From positions 1-57,190 of the forward strand of contig JBLNBW010000298.1 of assembly GCA_050260255.1 (NCBI GenBank): DNA of 57,190 nt, in the 5' to 3' direction. The notes beneath the pieces are model-generated. The model worked only from the letters and a program-made list of their open reading frames with translations, did no database searches and had not been told where the DNA came from. Shown here in pieces: positions 45,901 to 54,226 of the stretch (positions within the stretch are counted from its first letter, which is position 1; every line of letters begins with the position of its first letter). The translations under genes were made by a program, and so were the position numbers. The stretch comes from Rhodospirillaceae bacterium (lineage in GTDB: Bacteria > Pseudomonadota > Gammaproteobacteria > Burkholderiales > SG8-41).

Positions 45901-46500
45901 TCAGCGCGCGTTACGCGCGTGCGCGACCAATTGCCGCAGATGCTCGACCGGCCGCACGCCGGGAAGCGCGACGGTCCGGTTCGCGACGAAGGCGGGCACG
46001 CCGGTGAGTACCATCTCGTGCGCAAGCCGTTCGTCGTCGAGAACGGACTGCGTGTATGCGCCCGTCTTCAGCGCCTCGCGCAACGTGTCACCTTCGAGTC
46101 CCAGCGATTGCGCCAGATCGGTCAGGACCTCGACCTGCCCGATGTTCCGGCCGTGCTCGAAAAAGGCATGGAACACCGCCTCGTTGTAATCGTCGAACCG
46201 TTCCTGCGCGCGTGCCCAGTGCGCCGCCTCGTGCGCAAGGCGCGAGCGCGGCTGCACGGGCGGCAGCTTCATGGTGATGCCCATTTGCGCCGCCATGGGG
46301 TAGACCGAGGCGTCCCACACGCGATGCAGATATTCGCCGTCCGGATCGAGCGTAGGCGCAGGCTCGGGACGCAGCTCGTATGCGCGCCAAATGACGTGCA
46401 GATCGGGATCGCTGCGCGCAAGCTCTGTGACGGCCGGCTCCGCCAGCCAACAGAACGGTCAAACGTAGTCCGAGAAGATTTCCAGCGTGACGGTACTCAT
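45901..46500 (-). CDS. DsbA/FrnE-like thiol:disulfide oxidoreductase with in-frame UGA at the first Cys of CxxC (selenocysteine candidate, or nonsense pseudogene)
   Basis: The ORF track shows only 45901..46320. Extending upstream in the same frame gives ATG(46500) MSTVTLEIFSDYV-TGA(46461..46459)-PFCWLAEPAVTELARSDPDLHVIWRAYELRPEP..., continuous with the listed ORF. DsbA-like proteins (PF01323) begin ...I.SD.VCPFCY... Confidence 0.6.
46424..46454 (-). promoter_or_regulatory. stem-loop immediately 3' of the in-frame UGA (bSECIS-like)
   Basis: The mRNA reads UGA CCGU UCUGU-U-GGCUGGC-GGA-GCCGGCC-GUC-ACAGA. It forms a 5-bp lower stem, an internal loop, a 7-bp upper stem (one G-U) and a G-rich apical loop. 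Confidence 0.45.
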
Positions 46501-46686
46501 GATGTGACCCGAGCAGGTTGCAGGCCTGCTGGAGAAGGCGTGACGAGGTACGGCAGCAACGACACCGCTTTTTTAGAGCGCGTAACAGAATGAGGCGCGC
46601 GTGCGGCGCGCGCTGCCGCCCTGTCAGCGAATTCTCCTAGCCGGAATCGTGACAGCGCAGCGCGTGTTTCATTTTGTTAGGGCCTC

Positions 46687-47124
46687 TTAATGCATCACCT
46701 CGAGCAGCTCGATCTGGAACACCAGCGTCGCATTCGGCGGGATCACGCCGCCGGCGCCGCGCTCGCCGTATGCTATGGAAGAAGGACAGGTTAGCTTCGC
46801 CTTGCCGCCCGTCTTCATGCGCTGCACGCCCTCGGTCCAGCACGGGATAACGCGGTTCAGCGGAAACTCGGCGGGGCGCCCGCGTTTGTACGAGCTGTCG
46901 AACTCGCGCCCATCGGGAAACGTGCCCTGATAGTGCACGCGCACGGTGTCGCTCGCCGACGGACTCTCGCCGCTGCCTTCCTTGAGCGAACGGTACACGA
47001 GACCGCTCTTCGTCACTACTGCGCCGGGTTCCTTCGCGGCCGTTGCCGCCACGTCTGATTGGGCCCAGGCAGCCGACACACCCAGCGCCAGCATCACGGT
47101 CAACACACTCGTTTTCACTTGCAT
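46687..47124 (-). CDS. exported FKBP-type peptidyl-prolyl cis-trans isomerase
   Basis: 145 aa. The signal peptide is MQVKTSVLTVMLALGVSAAWA. VRVHYQGTFPDGREFDSS...FPLNRVIPCWTEG...PSSIAYGERGAGGVIPPNATLVFQIELL is FKBP sequence. Confidence 0.9.
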   Translation of the reverse strand: MQVKTSVLTVMLALGVSAAWAQSDVAATAAKEPGAVVTKSGLVYRSLKEGSGESPSASDTVRVHYQGTFPDGREFDSSYKRGRPAEFPLNRVIPCWTEGVQRMKTGGKAKLTCPSSIAYGERGAGGVIPPNATLVFQIELLEVMH

Positions 47125-47235
47125 CGCTCCGGCGGTTTGAAAAGGGGGACATGATCCCCGCTCCTCCGCAGCTTGGCAACCGCCGTAGGCAAGCGCCGGA
47201 CTCGCGGCGAGCGAGCCCGGCGTGGCGAACGAGGG

Positions 47236-50200
47236 TCAATCGACGGCGAGGAACAGCGCCACAGCCGCCGCCAGCGCCGCCGGTATGCCGTAGCGCTCGA
47301 AGTTCGACACCGAATCACCGACGATGATCTCGACCGGCAGTGGCGTGAGTTCCAGCACGCGGTTAGTCACCGAATCCTCGACAAGGCGCGTGAGCGAGTT
47401 CTTGCGGGCGGTGCTCATCACGATCTGGTCGCAGCGCAGCCGCCGCGCAGTGTGCGTGATGCACTTGGCGCGATCGCCGATCTCCGTGTGCACGGAGTAC
47501 GGTATGCCGAACCTGTCGAGCATCTGGCGCGCCGGCTCGAGCGCCTTCTCCGCGGCGGCACGATAGTAGTCCGCGCGGTTCCTGCGCGGCACGAAGCGTG
47601 CGATGCGGCTCGTGAGCGGCGTCTGGACGTTGAGCAGATGGACCTGCATCGTCGTATCGTTCATGAACTGCTTGATGACGTGCCTCACCGCCAACTCGGA
47701 GTTGGGCGAGCCGTCGACCGGAATCAGCACTTTTTGCATGGCATTCCGTCCTGTAGAAGTCATGAAGCCCAACTCGGCCGCGAATCGGTGCATCGCGGTC
47801 GCCCTTTGTGCCTTGCGCGCCTGCTGCGCCCCTCCCCCGGCCGCCCTGCGCGCGAAGTACAGCTTGAGGAGCTCCATCGCCGCCGGCGCGGCGAAAAAGA
47901 ACGGCAGCATGAGCAGCCAGTCGTCTGCGCCAAGCGGCACCGTATCGAAGAACGGCTGGAAGAAAGGCACGTAGACGACCATCATCACGAGCAGGAACGA
48001 CACGCCTACGGCCCATACCATCCAGCGGTTGGAGGTGAGTCCTATGGCGAAGATGCTACGGTATTCGGACCTCGCGGTGAATGCGCGTATCAGCTCCGAA
48101 CCGCACAGCGTCACGAACGCAATGGTCTGCGCGGCTTCGAGGTGGCCCGGATAGCGCTGCAGCGCGAGGAAGAACACGGTCAGTATGGCGACGGCGTCGA
48201 CCAGACCGACGATGGCTATGCCGAGCGCCATGTCGCGATTGATGACGTGCTCCGACGCCGGTCTGGGCGGGCGCTTCATGATGTCCGGATCGCCTTTCTC
48301 CAGCCCGAGGGCGAGCGCGGGCGCGCCGTCGCTCACGAGATTGAGCCACAAGAGCTGCACCGGCCGCAGCGGAATCGGCATACCGGCCAGCATGGCACCG
48401 AACACGATCAGGATTTCGCCGATGTTGCAGGCGAGCAGGAAGTACACGAACTTGCGGATATTCGAGTAGATGATGCGTCCCTGCTCGATCGCCGCCACGA
48501 TGCTCGCGAAGTTGTCATCGGTGAGAACCATGTCGGCGGTCTGCTTGGCGACATCCGTGCCGGTGATGCCCATCGCGACACCGATGTCCGCGCGCTTGAG
48601 CGCCGGCGCATCGTTCACGCCATCCCCCGTCATCGCGACGACGTGCCCTCTCGACTTGAGCGCTTCCACGATGCGTGTCTTGTGCTGGGGCGACACGCGG
48701 CAGCACACGTCGAGCCTGTGCGCCTGCGCCGCGAGCGCTTCGTCGCTCATCTGCTCGATCTCCGGTCCGGTCAGGACGAGACCTTCGGGCGTGCGCAGCC
48801 CGATGTCGCGCGCGATGGCTTCGGCCGTGTCCTTGTAGTCGCCGGTCACCATGATGCTCTTCAGTCCGGCTCCCCGCGCCACCTTGAGCGCCTCGATCGC
48901 TTCCGCGCGCGGCGGATCGATCATGCCCAGCAGCCCGACGAACACGAGGTCCTTCTCTATCGTGTCCGGGGCCACCTTTTCGGGCCGCGCAGCAAGCGGA
49001 CGATAAGCAACGGCCAGCACGCGCAGCGCATTGCTCGCCATGTCGTGGTTATGCTCGAGGATTTCCGCGCGCATCTTCGCCGTGAGCGGAACGGACTCGC
49101 CGTTGTCGGAGCGGCGAGCGCAAAGATCGAGGATCACATCGGGTGCGCCTTTCACGAACGCGACCACCGGCGGATAGCTTACGCCTGAAGCGAAGGCGTG
49201 CCCATCGCCTGGCTCGAACGTGTGGATGGTGGTCATGCGCTTCCTGTCCGAGTCGAAAGGTATCTCCTGGACCCGGGGCAGCAGCTTTTCCAATTCCTCG
49301 CGCACGCAGCCGCTTTTCGCCGCCGCCACGACCAGCGCGCCCTCCGTCGGATCGCCAACGATGCGCCACGACCGCTTGCCGGCTTCGTCGCACGTTTCCT
49401 CCAGCTTTGCGTCGTTGCAGATGAGTGCCCCGTGCAGCAGCAGCTGCGCGTCGGCATCCTTGCGCGGATCGAACGGCTCGGCGCCGATGAAAAACTGCCC
49501 CAGCGGGCTGTAGCCCTCTCCGGTGATGCGCAGCCGCTTGCCCCCGGCCCAGCCCTGCACGACGGTCATCTCGTTCTGCGTCAGCGTGCCGGTCTTGTCC
49601 GAGCACACCACCGTGGCGCAGCCCAGCGTCTCCACCGCAGGGAGCTTACGGATCAGCGCGTGGTGCCTGATCATGCGCTGCATGCCGAGCGCAAGACAGA
49701 TGGTGACGATCGCCGGCAGGCCCTCGGGCACGGCCGCGATCGCAAGGCTCACCGCGGTCATGAACAGATTGACGATATCCTTTTTCTCGGCGCGGAGGTA
49801 CTCCACGAGCCCGCCCTGCAGCGCGGACGCGAGCTGCGTATCGCGCAGCAGCCCGTAGACGAACACCAGCGCGCAGATCGCGAGGCATGCCGTGCCCAGC
49901 ACCTTGCCCAGATGCTCGAGCTTGCGTTGCAGCGGCGTCGGCTCCGCCTCGAACGACTGGATCATTTCCGCGATGAGACCGATCTGCGTGTGCATCCCCG
50001 TCGCCGTTGCGATGCCTTTGCCGCGCCCGTAAGTGATGAGGCTCCCCATGAACGCGCTGTTACTGCGGTCGCCCAGCGGTATGTCGCTCGCCAGCACGGC
50101 ACCCGCCTGCTTTTCGACCACGACCGACTCGCCGGTGAGCGACGCTTCGTCGATCTTCAAGTTCACGCTTTCCGTGAGCCGCAGGTCGGCCGGCACGTAA

Positions 50201-50640
50201 TTGCCCGCTTCGAGCAGCACGACATCTCCCGGGACGATGGCCCGCCCCGGCACCGTGAGCTGGCGGCCGTCCCGTATCACCTGCGCGTTGGGCGCGGACA
50301 TCTTCTGCAGCGCTTCGAGCGCCTGCTCGGCCTTGGACTCCTGCACCACGCCAACGACCGCGTTGAGCATGACAATCACCATGATCGCTATGGAATCGAC
50401 GTACTCTCCGAGCAGCAGCGATACGACGGCGGCGACGACCAGAATGATGACGAGATAATTGTTGAACTGCTCCCACAAGAGCGCGAGAAACCCGGGCCGG
50501 GCACGCTCGGTGAGCTCGTTCGGGCCGTACGTCCGCAGCCGGGCTTCGGCCTCCTCGCTGGTAAGGCCGTGCATGAGATCGGTTCTCATGCTCGCGACGA
50601 CTTCGGCGACCGGCGCGCCATGCGCATGCGTGTCGTGCAT
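47236..50640 (-). CDS. P2-type (Ca2+/Mn2+-like) cation-transporting P-type ATPase continuous with a C-terminal USP domain
   Basis: Start at MHDTHAHG with GGGAGAG upstream. [42 protein letters not shown] and [11 protein letters not shown] are present. After TM10 there is no stop; the frame continues into [21 protein letters not shown]... (USP fold, 47236..47739), which ends in a hydrophobic tail. Confidence 0.9.
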   Translation of the reverse strand: MHDTHAHGAPVAEVVASMRTDLMHGLTSEEAEARLRTYGPNELTERARPGFLALLWEQFNNYLVIILVVAAVVSLLLGEYVDSIAIMVIVMLNAVVGVVQESKAEQALEALQKMSAPNAQVIRDGRQLTVPGRAIVPGDVVLLEAGNYVPADLRLTESVNLKIDEASLTGESVVVEKQAGAVLASDIPLGDRSNSAFMGSLITYGRGKGIATATGMHTQIGLIAEMIQSFEAEPTPLQRKLEHLGKVLGTACLAICALVFVYGLLRDTQLASALQGGLVEYLRAEKKDIVNLFMTAVSLAIAAVPEGLPAIVTICLALGMQRMIRHHALIRKLPAVETLGCATVVCSDKTGTLTQNEMTVVQGWAGGKRLRITGEGYSPLGQFFIGAEPFDPRKDADAQLLLHGALICNDAKLEETCDEAGKRSWRIVGDPTEGALVVAAAKSGCVREELEKLLPRVQEIPFDSDRKRMTTIHTFEPGDGHAFASGVSYPPVVAFVKGAPDVILDLCARRSDNGESVPLTAKMRAEILEHNHDMASNALRVLAVAYRPLAARPEKVAPDTIEKDLVFVGLLGMIDPPRAEAIEALKVARGAGLKSIMVTGDYKDTAEAIARDIGLRTPEGLVLTGPEIEQMSDEALAAQAHRLDVCCRVSPQHKTRIVEALKSRGHVVAMTGDGVNDAPALKRADIGVAMGITGTDVAKQTADMVLTDDNFASIVAAIEQGRIIYSNIRKFVYFLLACNIGEILIVFGAMLAGMPIPLRPVQLLWLNLVSDGAPALALGLEKGDPDIMKRPPRPASEHVINRDMALGIAIVGLVDAVAILTVFFLALQRYPGHLEAAQTIAFVTLCGSELIRAFTARSEYRSIFAIGLTSNRWMVWAVGVSFLLVMMVVYVPFFQPFFDTVPLGADDWLLMLPFFFAAPAAMELLKLYFARRAAGGGAQQARKAQRATAMHRFAAELGFMTSTGRNAMQKVLIPVDGSPNSELAVRHVIKQFMNDTTMQVHLLNVQTPLTSRIARFVPRRNRADYYRAAAEKALEPARQMLDRFGIPYSVHTEIGDRAKCITHTARRLRCDQIVMSTARKNSLTRLVEDSVTNRVLELTPLPVEIIVGDSVSNFERYGIPAALAAAVALFLAVD

Positions 50641-50764
50641 TGCGACTCTCCCGGTGAAGACGACAAGCGCAGTATGGTCACGCGCGACGCGCGTGAAAAT
50701 TCGAAAGATGCAACGCTCGCCGTTACGAATGCGCAACTTCGCGCACGAATCGCCAAGCCTGCAT

Positions 50765-50777
50765 TTACGATTCGTAA
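50765..50777. promoter_or_regulatory. TTACGA-T-TCGTAA perfect inverted repeat (T-N11-A LysR-type box candidate)
   Basis: Lies in the ATPase/LysR divergent intergenic region. A related half-site, TTACGAAT, sits about 40 bp to the left (about 50722). Confidence 0.4.
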
Positions 50778-50851
50778 CCGATCGCGCCTTGACGGGCGGC
50801 ACACCGCGGTGCTAAAAAGTTTGCGTGCTCGGCGTATCGCCGGCACGACCC

Positions 50852-50957
50852 CAGAGGGGAGTAGCTACAGCAGCCGCAAGGCTGTTGCGAGGCGGCCGTC
50901 AACACGGGCTCACAGCTCCGGCCGCAGCGGCATCCGAGGATGCGGGCGAGACCTTTG
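50852..50957 (+). promoter_or_regulatory. yybP-ykoY (Mn2+) riboswitch-like aptamer
   Basis: Reads CAGAGG-GGGGAGUAGC, then a hairpin CAGCAGCC-GCAA-GGCUGUUG and a helix GCGGCC...GGCCGC. A hairpin GCAUC-CGAG-GAUGC follows, then GGGCGAGACC-UUUG. The outer CAGAGG/CCUUUG pair closes P1. The 5' and 3' conserved strands match my recollection of the family consensus. Confidence 0.6.
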
Positions 50958-50985
50958 CCGACAGGTGAAGGTTTGCTCCCGAAAA

Positions 50986-51026
50986 CAGCGGCCTTCACCT
51001 GACGAGGGAAGGCCGCTGTGCTTTTG
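50986..51026 (+). terminator. intrinsic-terminator-like hairpin of the riboswitch expression platform
   Basis: CAGCGGCCUUC-(11-nt loop)-GAAGGCCGCUG is a perfect 11-bp stem followed by UGCUUUUG. It lies 35 nt before the LysR ATG. Confidence 0.55.
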
Positions 51027-51060
51027 CACGGCGGGAATGGCCAACTGCGCGGAGAAAGCC

Positions 51061-52032
51061 ATGTCCCACACCGACATCCACCGGTATCTACGTCACGGTA
51101 CGCTGCCGCAACTGCGGGTGTTCGAAGCAAGTGCGCGATTGGGAAGCCTCGCACGCGCCGCCGAGGAACTGCACATGGCGGCGCCGACGGCTTCCGTGCA
51201 GATCAAGAAGCTCACGGACACGCTCGGTGTACCGCTGTTCGAGCAGGTGGGCCGCCGCATGTACCTCACCGAGGCCGGACAGCGCCTGTACGAGAGCTGC
51301 ACCGACGTGTTTCGCGTGTTCGCCGAGCTCGAGCAATCGCTCGACAGCCTGCGCAGCCTGCGGGCGGGGCACCTGCGGCTCGCCGCAACATCGACGGCGA
51401 AGTATTTCGCGCCGCGCCTGCTGGGGGGCTTTCTCGAGCGGCACGCGGGCGTGGAGATCTCGCTGCAGATTCACAACCGCGAGGGGTTGATCGCACGGCT
51501 GGAGAACAACGCGGACGATCTCTACCTTTTCACCTATCCGCCGATGGAGAAAGACATCATCGTGCAGGCGTTGCTGCCCAATCCGCTCGTCGTGCTCGCG
51601 CGCCGCGATCATCCTTTGGCGCAGCGGAAAGCGATACCGTTCGCGCGGCTTGCCGAAGAGCCGTTCCTCATGCGCGAGCCGGGATCCGGCACCCGGATGG
51701 CGGTACTGAGACAGTTCGAGCAGCACGGTCTCACGCCGCGCACCAGAATGGAATTGAGCACGAACGAGGCCATACGCGAGGCGATACTCGCCGGCCTCGG
51801 TGTGTCGATCATGTCGCGCTACACCCTGGGGCTCGGCACGGAAGCGAGCGATCTGATATGCCTCGACGTCGAGGGATTCCCGCTCGAAAGCCACTGGCAC
51901 TTGGTGTATCCGGCCGGCAAGCAGCTTTCGGCCGCGGCGCAGGCATTCATGACGTTCACGCGCGCCGAGGCGAAGAACCTGGCGATCGCCGGATTCGGCG
52001 CGGCGACGCGAATCGATACCGCGCGCGCCTAG
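51061..52032 (+). CDS. LysR-family (CbbR-like) transcriptional regulator
   Basis: Real part of the 944-aa ORF 49198..52032, with GGAGA 5 nt upstream of the ATG. LPQLRVFEASARLGSLARAAEELHMAAPTASVQIKKLTDTLGVPLFEQVGRRMYLTEAG is the HTH. ATSTAKYFAPRLLGGF...FLMREPGSGTR... is CbbR-like. Confidence 0.9.
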   Translation: MSHTDIHRYLRHGTLPQLRVFEASARLGSLARAAEELHMAAPTASVQIKKLTDTLGVPLFEQVGRRMYLTEAGQRLYESCTDVFRVFAELEQSLDSLRSLRAGHLRLAATSTAKYFAPRLLGGFLERHAGVEISLQIHNREGLIARLENNADDLYLFTYPPMEKDIIVQALLPNPLVVLARRDHPLAQRKAIPFARLAEEPFLMREPGSGTRMAVLRQFEQHGLTPRTRMELSTNEAIREAILAGLGVSIMSRYTLGLGTEASDLICLDVEGFPLESHWHLVYPAGKQLSAAAQAFMTFTRAEAKNLAIAGFGAATRIDTARA

Positions 52033-52145
52033 CCTCATGCATCAGCGCTTTATGTGCGTGACAAGCGCGCCTCATGCGGTGGCTGCGCCCGCGGTGCGGA
52101 GCGGCAGCGCGGAGCGCATGCGCGCCGCGCCGCTCGCTCAAGACC

Positions 52146-53048
52146 TCATTGGCTCTTCGCCGCCTTCTCCTTCTGCAACTGCGCCTGATAGAGCTTCTCG
52201 TAGTGCTCCACCTTCGCGAGATATCCGGCAGGGTCCACGAAACGCTTCGGATCGTACGCGTCGCCCGGCTTGTACTTCTGATGCAGGTTGAAATGCCCCG
52301 CATGGGACGAAACCCACACATCAGGCTTCATCTGCTTCTGCTTCGCGAACGTGCTCTCGTAGGCCTGCGTGATTCCGGGGAAGCCCGGCATGCCGCTTAC
52401 CGTAACGCCGGGATTGATCGTTCCCATGTTGACGATCAGCACGTTGTACGGCTTGCCGCCTTCCTGCACGGTATAGCTGAAGCTGCTCGCGCCCTTGGTA
52501 TGCCCCGGATGGTGATGCAGCGTGAGCTCGACTTCGCCGAGCCGCACCTTGTCGCCGTCCTTCAACCGCTGATCCACCTTGATCGGCTCGTAGATCGCGC
52601 CGCGTCCCTGCGGGTAGCGGTAGTCCATGCTGCCGCCGGATTCGAGCAGGTCCGCGTCGTCCTCGTGCATCAGCATGCGCGCGCCGGTGAGTCGCTTGAT
52701 CTCCGTCATGCCGGCGACATGGTCCCAGTGGCCATGAGTCGCGAGCAGCAGCTTGATGTCGCCGAACTTGAAGCCCAGCTTTTCGATGTTGGCGCGTATC
52801 CCGGGCACCGAGTTATTGATGCCGGTGTTGATCAGGATGTTGCCGTCGCGCGTGGTGATGAGGTAGACCGCGAGGTCGTAGGTGCCGACGTAGTACAGGT
52901 TGCCGATGATGCGCAGCGGCTCGAACGGCCTCACGTACGCTTCGTTGGTGACGGGAAGCTGGCGGAAGCCCTGCGCCTGTGAGGCGAGCGGCACCGCGGC
53001 GGCGAGCCCGGCGACCAGTGCGGCCGCCGCGAGGTATGCGACTCTCAT
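52146..53048 (-). CDS. subclass B3 metallo-beta-lactamase-like exported hydrolase
   Basis: Internal ATG with AGGGAG upstream, followed by a signal peptide. PLRIIGNLYYVGTYDLAVYLITTRDGNILINTG...LLATHGHWDHVAG...HHHPGHTKG matches the B3 layout (HxHxDH). Confidence 0.8.
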   Translation of the reverse strand: MRVAYLAAAALVAGLAAAVPLASQAQGFRQLPVTNEAYVRPFEPLRIIGNLYYVGTYDLAVYLITTRDGNILINTGINNSVPGIRANIEKLGFKFGDIKLLLATHGHWDHVAGMTEIKRLTGARMLMHEDDADLLESGGSMDYRYPQGRGAIYEPIKVDQRLKDGDKVRLGEVELTLHHHPGHTKGASSFSYTVQEGGKPYNVLIVNMGTINPGVTVSGMPGFPGITQAYESTFAKQKQMKPDVWVSSHAGHFNLHQKYKPGDAYDPKRFVDPAGYLAKVEHYEKLYQAQLQKEKAAKSQ

Positions 53049-53246
53049 GTGGATCTCCCTGGTGATGTGGTGAAGCCGCGCCACCTCCTGCCTGCGGCGT
53101 TGACGCGGGCCCGTCCTGCGACGGTCGGGAAAGTGTAGCACCGCCCCGCGCGAACGTTCGCCCGACGCGCCTGCCGGGATGGTGTGAAAGCTGCCGCCTG
53201 CCCGTACCCGGCACGCCGCAGCATTTGCCGAGCGGTTTGCGTCGGG

Positions 53247-54119
53247 CTAGCGCAGCAGAAAAGGCCTGGTCGCTTCGACGAATCCGGAAGGATTGTCGAG
53301 CATCACATGGTGATACGTGTTCTCCGCTTCGCTGAGCTCGAGCTGCGGGCAAAGCCGTCGCGCGTCCGCATAGACCTCGGGCGTGATGCGCTCGCTGTGG
53401 CTGCCGCGCACGAGCAGCGCGGGGATCTTAATGCGGCTCCAGTAAGGACGGCCGTCGTGATCTTCACGCGTCGCATACACCGCGCGATCGAACTTGAGCT
53501 TCCACGTGCCGTCGGGCAGCTGGCGGCCGCTGTGACGTGCGATGTGATGCACGACTTGCGGCGCAGCCACCGAATGCCCCGGGCGCAGGCGATAGCGTGA
53601 GACGAGCTCCTGCTGCGATGCATAAATGCTGCCCGGCTTCTTTCCCACGTCGCGCAGCCTCGCTACGCGCTCCGGCGTCAGATGGAAAGTGCTGTCGACG
53701 ACGATCAGCTTCTTCACGCGCCCGGGATACGTAGCCGCATAGAGCTGCGACACGATGCCGCCCATCGAATGTCCCATCAGCACGAAATCCTTGAGGTCGA
53801 GCGCATGCACCGCCGCGTCCAGATCGGATGCGTAATCGCGATACAAGTACGAGGCCGGCGTCTTCCACTCGCTGTCGCCGTGGCCCCGCAAGTCGATCGC
53901 CAGTACGTGAAAGTCGCGCACGTAAGCTCCCGCGACGAAATCGTACCAGTGGGCGTGCGCAGCTCCACCATGCACGCACAGCATCACCGGGCGCCCCGCG
54001 GTGCCGTAGTCGAGGTAGTGCAGCTTAAGGCCGTTCGCCTCGACGTAGCGGCTGGTGGAGGGCGCGGGTGTGAGCGCGGGCGTCGCGGCTGCGCTCGTCG
54101 CGTGCGGCTGTGAGTTCAT
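53247..54119 (-). CDS. alpha/beta-fold hydrolase
   Basis: 290 aa. VMLCVHGGAAHAHWYDF...DLRGHGDS...LMGHSMGG (nucleophile elbow GHSMG) are present. Confidence 0.85.
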   Translation of the reverse strand: MNSQPHATSAAATPALTPAPSTSRYVEANGLKLHYLDYGTAGRPVMLCVHGGAAHAHWYDFVAGAYVRDFHVLAIDLRGHGDSEWKTPASYLYRDYASDLDAAVHALDLKDFVLMGHSMGGIVSQLYAATYPGRVKKLIVVDSTFHLTPERVARLRDVGKKPGSIYASQQELVSRYRLRPGHSVAAPQVVHHIARHSGRQLPDGTWKLKFDRAVYATREDHDGRPYWSRIKIPALLVRGSHSERITPEVYADARRLCPQLELSEAENTYHHVMLDNPSGFVEATRPFLLR

Positions 54120-54226
54120 GCTTCGGACTCCGTTGCGGCAAGTGTTGGCCGCGAATCATACGCGAGGCGGCCCGTCGCGGCAGCAAGTGCGCAACCTCCA
54201 ACGGATGGCCGGGTCCAAACTCGTCT

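Noticed and set aside
45901-46320. The 139-aa ORF as given, taken as the complete DsbA-like gene.
   Set aside because: It would lack the thioredoxin-fold CxxC active site. That site is found in frame upstream, interrupted only by the TGA. A simple truncated-pseudogene reading remains the main alternative to selenocysteine.
46530-46686. GC-rich palindromes (GCGCGCG-N5-CGCGCGC) and a T6 run downstream of the FKBP gene, considered as terminators.
   Set aside because: The T-run (plus strand, about 46576..46582) is not preceded by a good stem. The CG palindrome lacks a following U-tract on the relevant strand.
47173-49188. 671-aa plus-strand ORF.
   Set aside because: It is antisense to the clearly recognisable P-type ATPase. 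Its composition (R/H/E/D runs) is typical of GC-rich shadow frames.
49198-51060. The first ~620 codons of the 944-aa plus-strand ORF 49198..52032.
   Set aside because: This part is Arg/His/Asp-rich shadow sequence antisense to the P-type ATPase and also spans the intergenic region. Only the last 323 codons (from ATG 51061, with a GGAGA RBS) form a recognisable LysR protein.
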